Source: the human T2T-CHM13v2.0 reference genome, Homo sapiens. Taken from it: a stretch of 64,000 nucleotides of DNA. Below are positions 29,759-42,928 of the stretch, in pieces. Made by a program: the position numbers and the translations under genes. Every line of letters starts with the position of its first letter. Position 1 is the stretch's first letter. Under the pieces are notes generated by a model. The model was not told the DNA's origin. It was given only the letters and a program-made list of their open reading frames with translations, and did not search any database. Where the stretch lies: the NCBI RefSeq assembly GCF_009914755.1, contig NC_060947.1. The stretch is one strand, 5' to 3'.

Positions 29759-30010
29759 GCTTCTTTATAAGCTGGTCCTACCCAGACAATTGCTGTCTAC
29801 ATTTGGAGCAGACACAGAGAGAGAGGAGATCAGAGAAAGTTTAAGGCATATCTAAAGTATTCTCCAAGGTAATGGCCAGAAACATCAAGCCCATACTCTC
29901 AGTATAGAGAGATCATTAATGGGCATTAGTGACAGACCATTATGGCTCTCCCAGATCATTAATGATTCATCATGTAGCAGTATTGTTCTGGCAGTAATCA
30001 GACCATTGCT
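29759..30010 (-). promoter_or_regulatory. 5' UTR and CpG-poor promoter of FGF13 exon 1U
   Basis: Non-repetitive sequence immediately upstream of the 1U ATG; two AGATCATTAATG homeodomain-type motifs at 29910 and 29953. Confidence 0.6.
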
Positions 30011-31201
30011 TGGACTCAGACATAAGCTTTGCCTATACTATTTGCTTAAACTTATTATTTCCAAGCATAAAATTTTATTTTGCCTTCTAGAATTATGAAA
30101 AACGGTCTGTAACAGGATCCCTCAGCACATTAGAGAAGTTTTTGGAGCTGGCTGCCTTATTTGGTAGACTTCTCCCACAGTCAGGAATCTGAAAGTCTCC
30201 CCGATAGTGTTTGGGATGTTGAAATGTGTCTTTTATTTTGAAATTGAATTATTGATGAATAGAAAACGCTACAAGCAAAATAGACATTTGTAAGAATTAT
30301 AGTTGCTCAATCCTCTGTAACAATTACACGTAAAATGTTGAAATTCTACCAGAACTTTTAGTTCTGTGCCACAAAATTATATTTTCATATCAAAGTCCCT
30401 TGTTAAAAATTCAGAAAATCTATGAGCAGCCTATGAAAAGGCTTTTAGCTAATTATAACAAAGAGCAAGAAACAGACTATTTTAGCATTACACCATACTC
30501 GTTACTGAAGCACTCAATAGTGTTAATATAGGAATCAAAATTTTAAGAAAAAGCAAACCCTGAAACAAAATTGCCATGCTTTTTATTTTTGCTTTATGGA
30601 AGACCCACTATTTTTGTTAAAAATTCAAATAGAAATGGAAATGTAAGTTATTCTGGGATCAAATGAGTCTTTCCTTTTGAACAGACTGGATTCTCCTTCT
30701 GTGTGGCTCTGGGAAAACTGCCCTCGAGTCAGAGAGAAAGGAAATCTGTCTCAAGTTCTGAATATTGTCACTATCAATGAATATTGAAGAATTACCAACA
30801 CCCACGAGGAGCTATATTTATTAAGCCCCAGTACCCATATTCAGTGCTATATGGAAAGGAAGATAATGTATATCCAAAAGCATTCCATAAACTTACATAT
30901 TTTTTCATAAGCTTCTCTGCATAATCAAAATTGCCTTGTGCTCTCTCCCTCCACTTTTCCATCCAACACTAAGCGTGTAACAGACAACAGCTGCAAATGT
31001 TAGCCCCTCCCAAAGGGATCCAGCCTCAACAAAATTGCTTTAGCTCTGAGGATGGGATTTCAGCAGTAGGCAGAGGATGGAGAAAATTTGTTCTGCCCTG
31101 AAATCAAACACCGTCCCCTATACCCCAATAGCCATCCACAGCCCAGGGACCTGAACAACAGGAGCCTTTAGAACCCAAAAAGGCAAAATAGCTGTTCTTT
31201 G

Positions 31202-31378
31202 GTAGGGCTACCTCCTGGACACATGACCTATGCAGCAGCAAAGGGCCATGCTCTGAGAAGGGCCCTGCACTGGGTTTAATGATTTGCTGTCACCATTTTG
31301 AAACTAACAATTTTTTGAACAAGGATCTCTACATTTTCGTTTTGCACTAACCCCTGCAAATTCTGTAGCCAGTCCTGT
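31202..31378. mobile_element. MER91-like hAT DNA transposon relic
   Basis: GGGCCATGCTCTGAGAAGGGCCCTGCACTGGGTTTAATG...CCCCTGCAAATTCTGTAGCCAGTCCTG. Confidence 0.6.
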
Positions 31379-33539
31379 TTCCCAGAAAACCATTATTTTA
31401 ACTAGTCAATCATGCTTAGAAGCACAGATGATCAGATTCAGAATGTGGCCATGGGGTATTCCCCATTGTTCTCTGGTTGGGAAGCTGAGCAAGTGCTCAG
31501 GCCACCAGGTAAAAAGCTGCATATATTCAGATCCCTGTTTGCAAACCAAAATGGCTAATGGAAGAATTTAGGCTTCAGCAAACTCTTTACACAGGAGAGG
31601 TGCCAACTTCCTTCAAACAAAAATAGAAAAGCTTAATATGGAGGCAGTCTCTCTTGGCCAATGTGGGAGCTCTTAAAAAGGCATTTCTCAAGGGACAAAA
31701 TTAAGTCATCTTAATATGAGTGGTCTTATCAGGTCTAATCAAGAGACTCAGTCTTTCAGCTGTGCCATAGCTTCTTATAATGGCCCTGCAGGGGGCTGCA
31801 CTGGTCAGTGTAGTGGGGAAGGGGGTCCCCAGGGATGGGAGCAGCTCAATCTGTTGATGTCTAGACAGCACAGAAATAAACAAAATGAGAGCCGACATGG
31901 AGCCAAATTGCAAGTCAGGTAAAATTTATTTCTGCTATCCTCTCTTTCCTTTCCCCTAAACTAATTCTCAGCCATGCAGGGCCTTTGTGCTGCTCCCTAG
32001 CTGCCTGTAATTCCACTGCAAGAGGAGCCCTCTCCACCCTCAGTACCCCATGCTCCTACCTTCTTTTGCATTCCACATCCCCCTATTCTCCTCGTCATCA
32101 GAGTGGCTGGTCTTGGTCAGGTGTTGTGGAAGAAAGCAATCTGATTAAGCTAATTCACACAAATTTGTCAATTTTCACAAAGGTATTCTCATTTTGGAAG
32201 CAAGTGTCTTGTTCTCCAATTGGCATACTTTTAAGAAGTATGACAAATGGAAGGATTTTAAGCAATAGAAAGGCACAGAGAATGGTAGTGCTCACCTGTT
32301 CTATTTAGCATTATGTGGTGATATATTTCAATAACGTCATCATTTATTGATTAAGTTTTTAAACCTGAGGACTAAGGTCACCCCATCCTTTAAAAAGTAC
32401 CAGAGGACTCAGGTTCCACACTACCAGACTGGGTTCTTGGAATGTACTAGGCTTTTTCACACCTCCACAGGTTTGTTCAAGAACTTCCCTCAGTTTGAAG
32501 TGTCCTTGTCCCCTTGTCTGCCTACTAATCTTTCAAGTAGAACCTTCTCTAGAAAGAATTTTCTGCCAGCCCCTCCACATCTCTCAATTTGAATGTGACC
32601 TCCTTGGTCCCCTCACTGTAGCCAACAACATCTATCACTGTATTGGATTGTACCCAGCTGCTTACATGTTCCCTCATTTACTGGACTGTGAGTAGCTAGA
32701 GGGCAAGAACCACATGTGATCTGACCAGCACCTGTGAATAGATGAAATCAATAGAGAAGGTGAATACACTAGATGTTTGAGACTGCGTGTCCGTCATAAC
32801 TGTGGCACACACATATTCACAGGTTAGAGTGCAGTTTGCATTAGTTGACTCAGGCAGTGACTACATGGGTGGCTTTCACTTGCTTTACAATGGTTTTAAT
32901 CCAGATAGTGTAAATACTGAGGTCACCACATGGCGCTGTGTCATTCAGCCTTTTCTAATAGATGCCATCAGCAAGGGGCTCTCTCTCTCTCTCTCTCTCT
33001 CTGCCAATTGACGAATAATACCCCGGAGGTCATGATCTATCATCTGTTCCTACAGGCAGAGTCCAACTAAACAGAAGGTGACAAATCCAGTTAAATTTTT
33101 GGCTACTGGCCTTTAATTCCAGCCCAAGGAGTTACAGATCTCCAAGCTTTCACTGCATTGCGGTCAAGCAGCACAAGTAAGCTTCCTGCCTTCCTGGAGG
33201 CCTCAATCAATACTCTGCCCTCTTCTTAAAGCCTAGACACATCGAAGGCAATAATGCCTGAGATTTAATCATTTCCTATTAAAATGCAAAGCTCTTGTCT
33301 CCAGGCCCCCTTGACAGTTTAATTGTTTTAAAATGTCTGCAGAAGCCGCTGTAAACAGATTTGTAGTACGTTGTTTACTTGCTGTGCCACCGCAGCCTCT
33401 TGGCTAATTAATGAGCATTTTGCTGCAAATTGGGCCTCTTGTATGCACTGATCCCTCACCTTGGGAAGAATTGATGGAAAGGAGGAATTTATGGGAGTAA
33501 GGACAGATATATTTTTCATTTAAAAAATACTGAGTACCC

Positions 33540-34195
33540 ATGAGTTGAAATCTAATATCCACACAAAAACCTGCACGCTAATGTTTATAGCAGCTTTATT
33601 CATAGTTGCCAAAACTTAGAAGCAACCAAGATGTCCTTCAGTAGGTGAATGAATAAGTAAACTGTGGTACATCCAGACAATGGCATAAAAGAGGGCTAAA
33701 AGAGATGAGCTATCAAGCCATGAAAATACATAGAACTTTAAGTGCATATTACTAAGTGAAAGAAGCCAATCTGAAAAGGTTACTCCATGTGACTCCAACT
33801 GTATGACATTCTGGAAAAGGCAAAACTATGGAGGCAGTAAAAGGATCAGTGGTTGCCAGGGGTTGGTGGGGAAGGAGGGATGAATTAGAGGAGCACAGAG
33901 GATTTTTTCAGCAGTGAAACTCCTCTGTATGATACTATAATGGCCTTTTATACATTTGTCCAAACCCAGACAATGTACAGCACCAAGAGCAAGCCCTTAT
34001 GTAATCTATGGACTTTCGGTGATAAGGGCATGTCAATATAGGTTCATCAATTGTAACAAATGTACCACTCCAGTGGGTGGATATTTCTAGTGGGGAGGCC
34101 ATCCAGGGAATCACAGGGTATATGTCAACTCTGTACCTTATGATCAGTTATGCTATGAACCTAAAACTGCTCTAAAAATAAAGTCTATTTTTAAA
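33540..34195 (+). mobile_element. L1MB-type 3' end
   Basis: CCACACAAAAACCTGCAC...AAGCAACCAAGATGTCCTTCAGTAGGTGAATG...GAACCTAAAACTGCTCTAAAAATAAAGTC. Confidence 0.9.
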
Positions 34196-35916
34196 ACTTG
34201 TACTGGGTACCTAATATATTCCAGGAGTACGTTCTCTCTGATCTTCACGACAACCCTAGAAGGTTTTGTTTAGTTTTTTTCATTTTTGTTTTTGTTTTTG
34301 CCTATGTGGAAACTCACTAAGAGAGGTGAAGTTTTTTGTTCAAGGTCACAGAGATGGCAATTTGGAATACTATCAGGGGATTCAAAAGCTTGCTTAGTGG
34401 TTAACGTGGATACCCTTGATGGTTTCTCTCAACCCAGAGCTTTCAAGATTTTGTGTTCCTCCTCCTCCTCCTCCATAAAATGTTCTTCAGTGAATCCAAT
34501 TGCTTGAAGTCTATCGCAATTGCCCAAGTCACTCATTTCCTACAATACTAAAGAGTTCCAGGAAGGAGGGGAAATGCCACACAGGAAGCTCTCCAACCAC
34601 AGTTAGAAGGTTGGAAACCTTCATTCCTGTCAACCACTATGTACTGTGCTTCCTTTCATTTTCACTGAGGGTAACAGGGGCAGACAGAACAGCCAGGAAG
34701 ATTCCTGCCCTCCTGCATGAACACAAGAGTCAGCTTCAAATAACAACCCATGAACTATACTAACCCACAGTGCAAATCCTAGTCAAGCACCATTGAGGCC
34801 CTGATGTATGGAAGGCATAGGTAAAGACTATTATATACCTCCAAATACCATCTATTTGATTATTTTGATATCATGGCCACAATCATGCAAAAACAGGTGG
34901 TGGGACTGGGGTGATAATTATTTCTTTATTGGGCTTTTATAAGAATTAAATGAGATATTTATATAAAGTCCTCAGCACAGTGCGTGGCATTTCGTAAGCA
35001 GTCAATGGAAGTTAGTCCTCTTACTTTACCCTTAGTCTCTTCTTGCCCATTCACTTGTCTCTCTTGTAACCTCATCATTATCCTGCTTGACATTTTTTGG
35101 CAGCATTTTTGTGAAAACAGATCAATAAGGAAGCAATCCACAAACATTAACTGAGTCCTTACAATGTATCAGGACCTTTGTCATGTGCAGGAGTTATAAA
35201 TATGGAAAACACACACATACACACAGAGCCCAGGGGTTAAAGGAACGAGTCTAAATGGGAAGACATACATGAGTACAGTTCAAAAATATTACTCAGAATC
35301 CAAGGCCATCAAAATATGCTGAAGGTAGAAACTGGAGATGAGATGTTGAAGACAAGATTTGATTTGCTTAAGCCACTGGTTACACAAAGTACAACTTTCC
35401 CAAATATTGACTGTGTTATGTGTGCTGCCCATCATGGTTTCATAAGAAACAAATCTAAACAAGTGTACACAGCTGGTACTACTATATCTACGTGTTATTA
35501 CTGACAAGAGCTGACTGATATCTCTGACACCTGGATGAGTCTTCCTCTAAAATGGTCTATCCTATACGAGAGTTAAAAGCAGCATAGTGCATGCTTTTAT
35601 TCTGTTCAGTTGTGTTTCTGACATCATACTACATAACATCTAAATCTGTCAATGAACAAATTCCAGATATACCACAAATCATACATCTTTAAACTTGATG
35701 CCTGAACCTTTTAAAGGAGTTAGGGGTATGTGTGTGAGTGTGAATCTTGTTAGTAGGAAGCCTTGTCCGAGGCATACATAATTTTCTGGCAACGGTGGAG
35801 AGTTATTCCATTCTTGCACAATTGTATACAATGCAGGGAAAATAAAAAAGTTACTTGGTTTGTGCAGTTCCTCTCTCTCTCTGAGGAAGAATAAGAGAAT
35901 GGCCTCGTATGTGTTC

Positions 35917-35935
35917 ATAGCACCCCCTTGTGGAG
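35917..35935 (-). promoter_or_regulatory. Candidate CTCF site
   Basis: Minus strand CTCCACAAGGGGGTGCTAT versus consensus CCACCAGGGGGCGCTA. Confidence 0.55.
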
Positions 35936-38711
35936 AAATAACGTATTTCAGTTGCATGCTAATCCTCCCAACAACAAGGCACCAACCCCGGCTTCAACAA
36001 TTTCTTTTTCCTCTCAGGAGTTTCATGGAAAGATAAATTAAATATTTAGATTTTTCCAGGTTAGCATCTCGCGACAATAGGGACAAAACAAATCAAATTA
36101 CAATCCTTATTCATTTCATTTATCTTGAAGATTCTCTTGGCCAATTTCAAAATTAATGTCAAATTCTTACTCTATTTCAGGAAAACTTCCTTTCCATTCT
36201 TTTATTCAGCAAACATTTCCTGGGTTCCCATTATGGATTAGGCCTGTTCTGGGTGTTTGAGACACGAGAATAAATAATCCCAAGTCCCTGCTGGGGAAGG
36301 AGCTTGTCTGGAGATGAGAGATACCTGCAGAAGGCAATCAGTGCCATCTTAAAGAATATAAGGCTCTGAGGCTGTACCAGGCCTGGCAAGACTCAGAGAA
36401 GGTGAGAGGGAACCAGAAAAACTTCACACAGCAGGTGATAGTTGAACTGAGCATTGAAAATTGAACAGCTGTTCCCAAGGCAGATGAGGTTGGTGAGGGA
36501 GAATATTTAGAAGTGTGAAATTACCTGAAACTAAACAGGACACAGCTGAAACTGGAAGTTGTTTGGCATGTCCACAGACTAAGGGGTGAGATTTGGCACA
36601 GAGGAGAGGGTTTGGGAGGTACACACTGAAGAAATAGGCAGGGAATAATTTAGGAAGCCAGTTTAAGGAGTTTGGATTTATCTCAATGGTGACTAGGTTT
36701 TACACCAGAAAGGAATCAAATGACATTCAGAAAGGTGACCTGGGCTGCAGAGTGGAGAATATGAGGGGGAAAGAGGAAGATAGGATATAGGGAGCTCTCT
36801 TAAGAGACACAGGTGACAGTGATGAGGATCTAAGTTAGCACCTCGTTGTGAGGATGAAGACTGGAGTTGTAGGTTCCCTACCAGAACCTAGATCATTGTC
36901 TATAAAAAAAAAAATAGTTCTATTGACCACAGAGCTATTTCCTAAAAGTAATTGGCTCTTGCAGGAGGGGGCAGAAAGAGACTATTTCAAATAGCTATCT
37001 AAGGTACTCTTTGATTTGACCGACACAATGCAGATGGACCTCACCACCTCCCTAGATTCACCCGGAAGCAACAGAGAAAAGTAGTGAAAAGCAGGGACCC
37101 TAGAGCCACAAGGGCATAGACTGGAGTCCTGTGCTCTTCTGCTTATGCTAAGCTATGCTTCATTGGGCTTGTCTCCTCAGATTTTTGAAACTCAGTTTCC
37201 TGCTCTGTAAAGTGGATCCAAAAATTCTGTCTATCTCATAGGTTGGTTGTAAGAACTCGAATAATGTATGCAAAGCACTTATCACAGTGCCCAGCATACA
37301 GTAAGCAGTGGGGTGGTTTCCTTCTTATTATTCTTCCTTGGCCAGTGTGGCCAGGCAAATTAGCCTTTTGTAAGATGGCTAGTATGCAAGTCCCTTAGTA
37401 TCTCCCTAGGGCACTCTACCCTGGGCTGTAAGCAAAGCCTCTATTTGAAAGGTATCAAGTGATTTCATCTGTTTCCCTCGTAACCAGGGCAGACTCTAAG
37501 CTCCCTGATAGAGTTAGGAACAAACCAGGTTCTGACACTCCCAAGGGCCTGATCTGTGTGCCCACCAATTCTCATCAGAAAGAATGGAACCTGGAAACAA
37601 GGCTGACAACAGAATCCTATGGAAATTCTAAGTCAGTCAAGAAAAAGGCATGCTAACAGGAGAAGGCAGCCCAGCCAAGATAGGAGGCCAAACGAATTTG
37701 GCATTACTGGGGGCCAATGTGTAGGTGGCTCAGGGAGGGAGAGAGCAGGGTAGGCCTGGAGGAATTATTTGAGTCAAAGTGCATCTCACAGCAATCGCTT
37801 TTTTCATGATTTTCTTCATTGTTACCCTTCCTAAAAGAGAGTCTTGGAGAATAATAATCTGATCAAGATTCTCTGACTGAAAAGGTCCTGTGATCAGTGA
37901 GTTTGTGAAAGACTGCACAGCACACCAAACTATTGGTAATTAGTATTATGTATTTGGCTTGCTAAAGGTTCAACTAAAGCCTACGGTAAATAAATCTATT
38001 TTATGTGAGAAACTCCGGAATAAACATACTAATTTGCCTTCAGAATCCTTTATTTCCCACAGTAGCTACTAAGGTCCCTTAATAATAGCATTGAGTGAAA
38101 AACACTTCAAGGGCACGCCAGGCTGATGTCTCCTGGGCACAGGCCTCTTTAGCCAGGACTGACAGAATCACTCAGAAAGGCCCTTCTTCATGGCCTCTCA
38201 AAGGTCTTAATCTCAGTTGGCACTGTATTCTCAACCCATCTATCAGATGGCCAGAGCGGGATGAGGTCATAAAGTTTCCAAGGATGAGGCCATCTCCACT
38301 GCTTCTAGTATTTTTGGTTCTCTTCTAGGCAAGGGTTCTTTGAGGGAGCTTTTGGAGGCCTGGTACCTTGGAAATGGTAAAATTAAAGTCCTTGAAGACG
38401 TCCGCTTGACCTGGAGAGAATGGAGCTTCTCTGCCTGCCAACGAGATTCTAGGCTTCAGGAATAGTAACCTGAAGGGATGGAATGGGAGAGAATTCAAAT
38501 ACCGTTTCTCAAGCCCAAAGGTTCTCTGGGACTTCCACTAGTCCCTGCACTGCTCCAGCAGCATAATCCCCCTCCTTTGAGATATAAGGTAAATGACACT
38601 CAGAACATTTGATCATTGGTTACAACTAATTCTGCTCCTTTGCTCCAAGGTGATTTAAATATATTGTTTCATATAATTGCACAAAATTTTGATAATCTTG
38701 GGATGCATACC

Positions 38712-39097
38712 TGTTATGAACTGAATTGCATCCCCCAAATGCATATACTAAAGCTCTAACCCCCAATGTGACTGTATTTGAAGACAGGACCTTAAGGGAG
38801 ATAATTAAGGTTACATTAGGGCCCATAAGGCAGGGCTCTAATCTGATAGATCTGGTGTCCCTATAAGCTGAAGAAACACTAGAGCTCAATCTCTTTCCAT
38901 GGAGAGGAAAGGCTATATATGAGTATAGCAAGAGGTGGCCATCTATAAGCCAGAAAGAGAGGCTTCTCCAGAAACCAACCTAACAGTACCTTGATTTTGG
39001 ACTTCTAGCCTCCAGAACTGAGAGAAAAATCCATTTGTGTTGTTTAAGCCACTCAATCTGTGGTATTTTGTTATGTCAGTACTAGCAGACAAATACA
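38712..39097 (+). mobile_element. MLT1 (ERVL-MaLR) solo LTR
   Basis: TG...CA ends; CCCCAATGTGACTGTATTTG, GGACTTCTAGCCTCCAGAACTG, TGTTTAAGCCAC. Confidence 0.9.
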
Positions 39098-39146
39098 GTA
39101 CTCATTTATTTGAAAGCATATACAACTTTGCCATTTCTTTTTCAAA

Positions 39147-39165
39147 CAACGCCACCTAGAGGACA
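39147..39165 (-). promoter_or_regulatory. Candidate CTCF site
   Basis: Minus strand TGTCCTCTAGGTGGCGTTG versus consensus CCACTAGGTGGCGCT, with CpG retained. Confidence 0.6.
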
Positions 39166-39807
39166 AGGTAGCAGTCCAAACTTACAAAACTATATAATGC
39201 TTGGAAAAGTAACCAAAAAGTAACCAGGAGTGTTTTAAAAACGGAAATCCACTGTACAACATTGCGCTCATAGTTAACAATATTGTATTGTATACTTAAA
39301 AATTTAAGAGTAGATATCATGCTATGCTTCCTTACCACAATAAAAATATTTTTTAAAAAAATGGGAAAGCAATTTTAATGAAAGAAATAAGAGGCAAAAT
39401 CACAATCTCCAAAAGAAAAGTGAAGCAGCAAATGTTTAACAAGTGTCTAATCTGTACTGCTCTCTGTGCTTGGCTATAGGAGGTTGCAATGGGAAACATA
39501 ATTGTGAACAAAACCTAGTCCCTTTCTTCAAGGAGTTCAGTGTTTACTGGAAGAGACAGACAATAAACAGGCACTTTCAATGCAAAGGAGAAGTTCTATG
39601 CTACAGAGGAGGGATATCTCACAGAACCTTCCATTGGTTGGGGGTTGGGAGGTTGAAGTCAGGGAAAGCATCCCAGAGAAGATGATATTAAGCTGAGAAA
39701 CGAAGGAAGAGCAGGAGGCAACTAGGTGAAGAGAGTAGCTGCTCTAGAGAAATCATACAAAGCCTCTGGCCTAAATGAGCTTTTAGTCCCAGGGGGGAGA
39801 GACCAAA

Positions 39808-39809
<2 letters not shown>

Positions 39810-39857
<48 letters not shown>
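39810..39857 (+). repeat. (CA)n microsatellite, about 23 units
   Basis: Direct reading of the sequence. Confidence 0.97.
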
Positions 39858-39859
<2 letters not shown>

Positions 39860-40083
39860 ACACATAATTATCTTAAAAGGTGATAAGTGTAATGACAGAA
39901 ATGTGGCACAGGCATTGTAAAATCACAGGGGGGCGGGTACCCATGCCTACCTACCAAATCTAGCCTCAGGGATGATCAGGAAAGCCTGTCTCAGAGCAAG
40001 TGTTTGCAGCTGAGTTTTGAAGGCCAGTGGCCATTAGTCAAATCAATTGTTGGGAGGGTGAAAATGTGCTGGGCTGAGAAAAT

Positions 40084-40218
40084 TGCAGGCAGAGTTCACA
40101 AGTACAAAGACATACAGGCTTGGGACAGTCTAGCACAGTTTAGAAATGCAGGCAGATTTCACAAGTACAAAGACATGCAGGCTTGGGACAGTCTAGCACA
40201 GTTTAGAAATGCAGGCAG
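40084..40218 (+). repeat. 63-bp tandem duplication (about 2.1 copies)
   Basis: TGCAGGCAG recurs at 40084, 40147 and 40210; the two full copies differ at 2 positions. Confidence 0.95.
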
Positions 40219-42631
40219 TTTGGAATGGCTGGAGCACAGATTTCCAGAGATAGGATGAGGGATAAAACGATGGAAGGTGTTAGGAGTCAGATTATGTGTG
40301 ACCCCCTGGATCACGGGATAGGATTTGACACAATCCTTTATGCCATGGGGAACCATGCTAGGCCTTTAAGCAAGGGAGAGACTTGGTCAGATTGGCATTT
40401 TAGAAAGATTTCAGTGGCTGCAGCATGAAGACTAGTATGGTGGTTGTAGCCACAAGACTAGAGGCAGAGAGAACTACGGAGAGCATGTCAATTGTGCAAG
40501 AGCAATGTTGATAGCCTCAATTAAGGCAATGACACTGTGACTAGAGAAAAGGCAACAGAACACAGGGCCACTGTGGATATACAATCTACAGACGTTGGTT
40601 ATGGACTGCAATGGGGAGGGGAAGAGGAGGTAGGTTCCAAAGAGTATTCTAGGGCTTCTGATTGGGCAACAGGATGGTTGCGGTGTTAGAAACCTGGAGC
40701 GCATTTCCCCATTTTTTTAAATAAATAAAGGTTTATAATTATATGGGTGATTTAAATAACTATGGTTAGGTGAAAACAGTTGTTGGCTATTAGAGCAATA
40801 ATTATTTCCAGCTATATTACAATGCTAAACTGTCAGAGTTTTAAATAATTCAAATTAATGGAGGGACATTTTAATTTTATTTCTTTCCAAAAGACAGCTT
40901 TAGTTAACATCTTTAAAAATTTAGATTCAGGGGGTACATGTGCTTGTTTGTTACATGGGTAATACATTTGTAAATGGGGGGGTGGGCTTCTAGTGAACCC
41001 ATCACCGAAATGGATTTTTTTAACATTTTTATAGGTGAGGAAACTAAATGTGCACAACATCACTCAAAAAGTGACAGCTCATCCTACATACCATTTTTTT
41101 TTTGACTCTCTGCCAACTAATTGTTTTGCTGCATACATGTGAATGCGCACACATATACACATACATTCAGTGTTAGGTATGCCTGTAGGGGTAAGGCAGT
41201 GAAGATAATCTAAAAGTAGTAAGCCTGGAATATGGGAAAGGGACCTGGTCTAGAGATAAAGATTCTGTAGTGATGAGCAAAGAGATGGTGTTTACAGTCA
41301 TGGCGGGGGTGTGGAGATGGATGAGCTGCTCTAGGAAGAATGCATAGAGCAAGATTAGAAGAAGGCTGAGGATGAAACCATGAGAAACACTAACATTTAT
41401 GATAGAGGAAGAGGAGGCAGTGAAGGAGACTAGGGAAGACCAGACAAAAGGTAAAAGACAAAGTAGAAAATAGTGATATCACACAAACCAAGGAAGGAGA
41501 GAGTTTCAGGAAGGAAGAAGGGCCTCCTGAGAGTTCAAATAAAACACTCTTGAGAAGTCGAGTTAGTTCAGGATTGTATATATCCACTGGCTTTTGTCAT
41601 TAGAAGATGACAACCTTGGTAGGACAACCTTGGTGAAAGTGGTGGAGACAGTGGGGTGAGGAAAGAAAAGGAGGTGAGGAAGTTATTTTTCCTTCCTTCT
41701 TTCCCTGCACCCTCTATTGCCCCATTGCCAACTCACAGTATAATCATGCACTATACGCCAGACTAGCAGAATCTGGGCTCTAAGGAGTCAGAAGAGAAAT
41801 GAGAAATGTGAGTCCCTGCAGAACTTTTCCTGGCTTCATTCCTGCCTTACTTCAAAGTGATCCATGCTCAGAGGCATAGGCAGGTTCTGATGAGGGTGGG
41901 GAGGCAGGTGGAGGGTAACTCTATGTCTCATAGTTGATTAGATAGGGGAGTTACTACATAAGATGTCACCCTTCAACTCTTCTAAGTGTGTCTTGGTCTT
42001 GCTTTTATATCATTTCCACTAGCATCTTTCTTTCACAACTTATATCATTGAAAGGCACTACTTTTGGAGATATGCTTAAAGAGGGTAAATACCTCCTCCT
42101 TTTTTGCTTTTCTCTATGCCCATTACCAGAAAATTATGTTCACAGGCTGGAACAGATGTCCTGCAGGAACAGATCCTACTTCAAAATCCTGTGTATGGAA
42201 TGCATCGTATCAACTGGAATATATGAGGTGTATCCATGGTCAAAAGTAATGACGTGATGAGGGCAAGACCTAAATCATTTCATCTAAGAAGTGGAGAATT
42301 AAACATGTTTTTCCATTGTTATCATCATCATCAATATCACAGCAATTATTATTAACATTTGCTATATTATTTAATTTATGCCTCACAACAACCCCCCAAC
42401 ACAGCTATTATTATTTATACCATTTTATGGATGACAAAACAAAGGCCTAGAATATGGATAGCAGAACCTACTCAGGTTCACACAGTAAGTAGAAAAACCT
42501 GGATTTAAACTCATTCAATAATTCAACAAATGTTATTAATTGAGCACCTATGATGGACTACATGCTAGACAAGTGTTCTCCAAAGCGGGATGCATGAGCC
42601 TCAGGAATGGGCAAGACAATTATATATGGAC

Positions 42632-42928
42632 GGCCAGGCGCGGTGACTCACACCTGTAATCCCAACACTTTGGGAGGCGGAGGCGGGCAGATCACCTGAG
42701 GTCAGGAGTTGGACACCAGACTGACCAACATGGGGAAATCTCGTCTCTACTAAAAATACAAAAATTAGCTGAGCATGGTGGTGCATGCCTGTAATCTCAG
42801 CTACTTGAGAGGCTGAGGCAGGAGAATCGCTTGAAACCGGGGGCAGAGGTTGCAGTGAGCCAAGATTGTGCCACTGCACTCCAGCCTGTGCAACAGAGCA
42901 AGACTCCATCTCAAAAAAGAAAAAAAAA
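42632..42928 (+). mobile_element. AluS SINE, full length
   Basis: Dimeric Alu with poly-A tail; TSD-like ATTATATATGGA / ATTAGATATGGA. Confidence 0.95.

Larger units (their letters stand above)
39430..40700. mobile_element. L2 LINE remnants (others near 24830-25600, 36200-36870, 41180-41680, 56230-56795, 60590-61200)
   Basis: Purine-rich diverged L2 text such as AAGCAAGGGAGAGACTTGGTCAGATTGGCATTTTAGAAAGAT; (GAAT)n/(TTCA)n termini at the other copies. Confidence 0.65.

Noticed and set aside
40084-40218. CRISPR-like or coding repeat
   Set aside because: Head-to-tail duplication with no spacers, in a eukaryotic L2 context.
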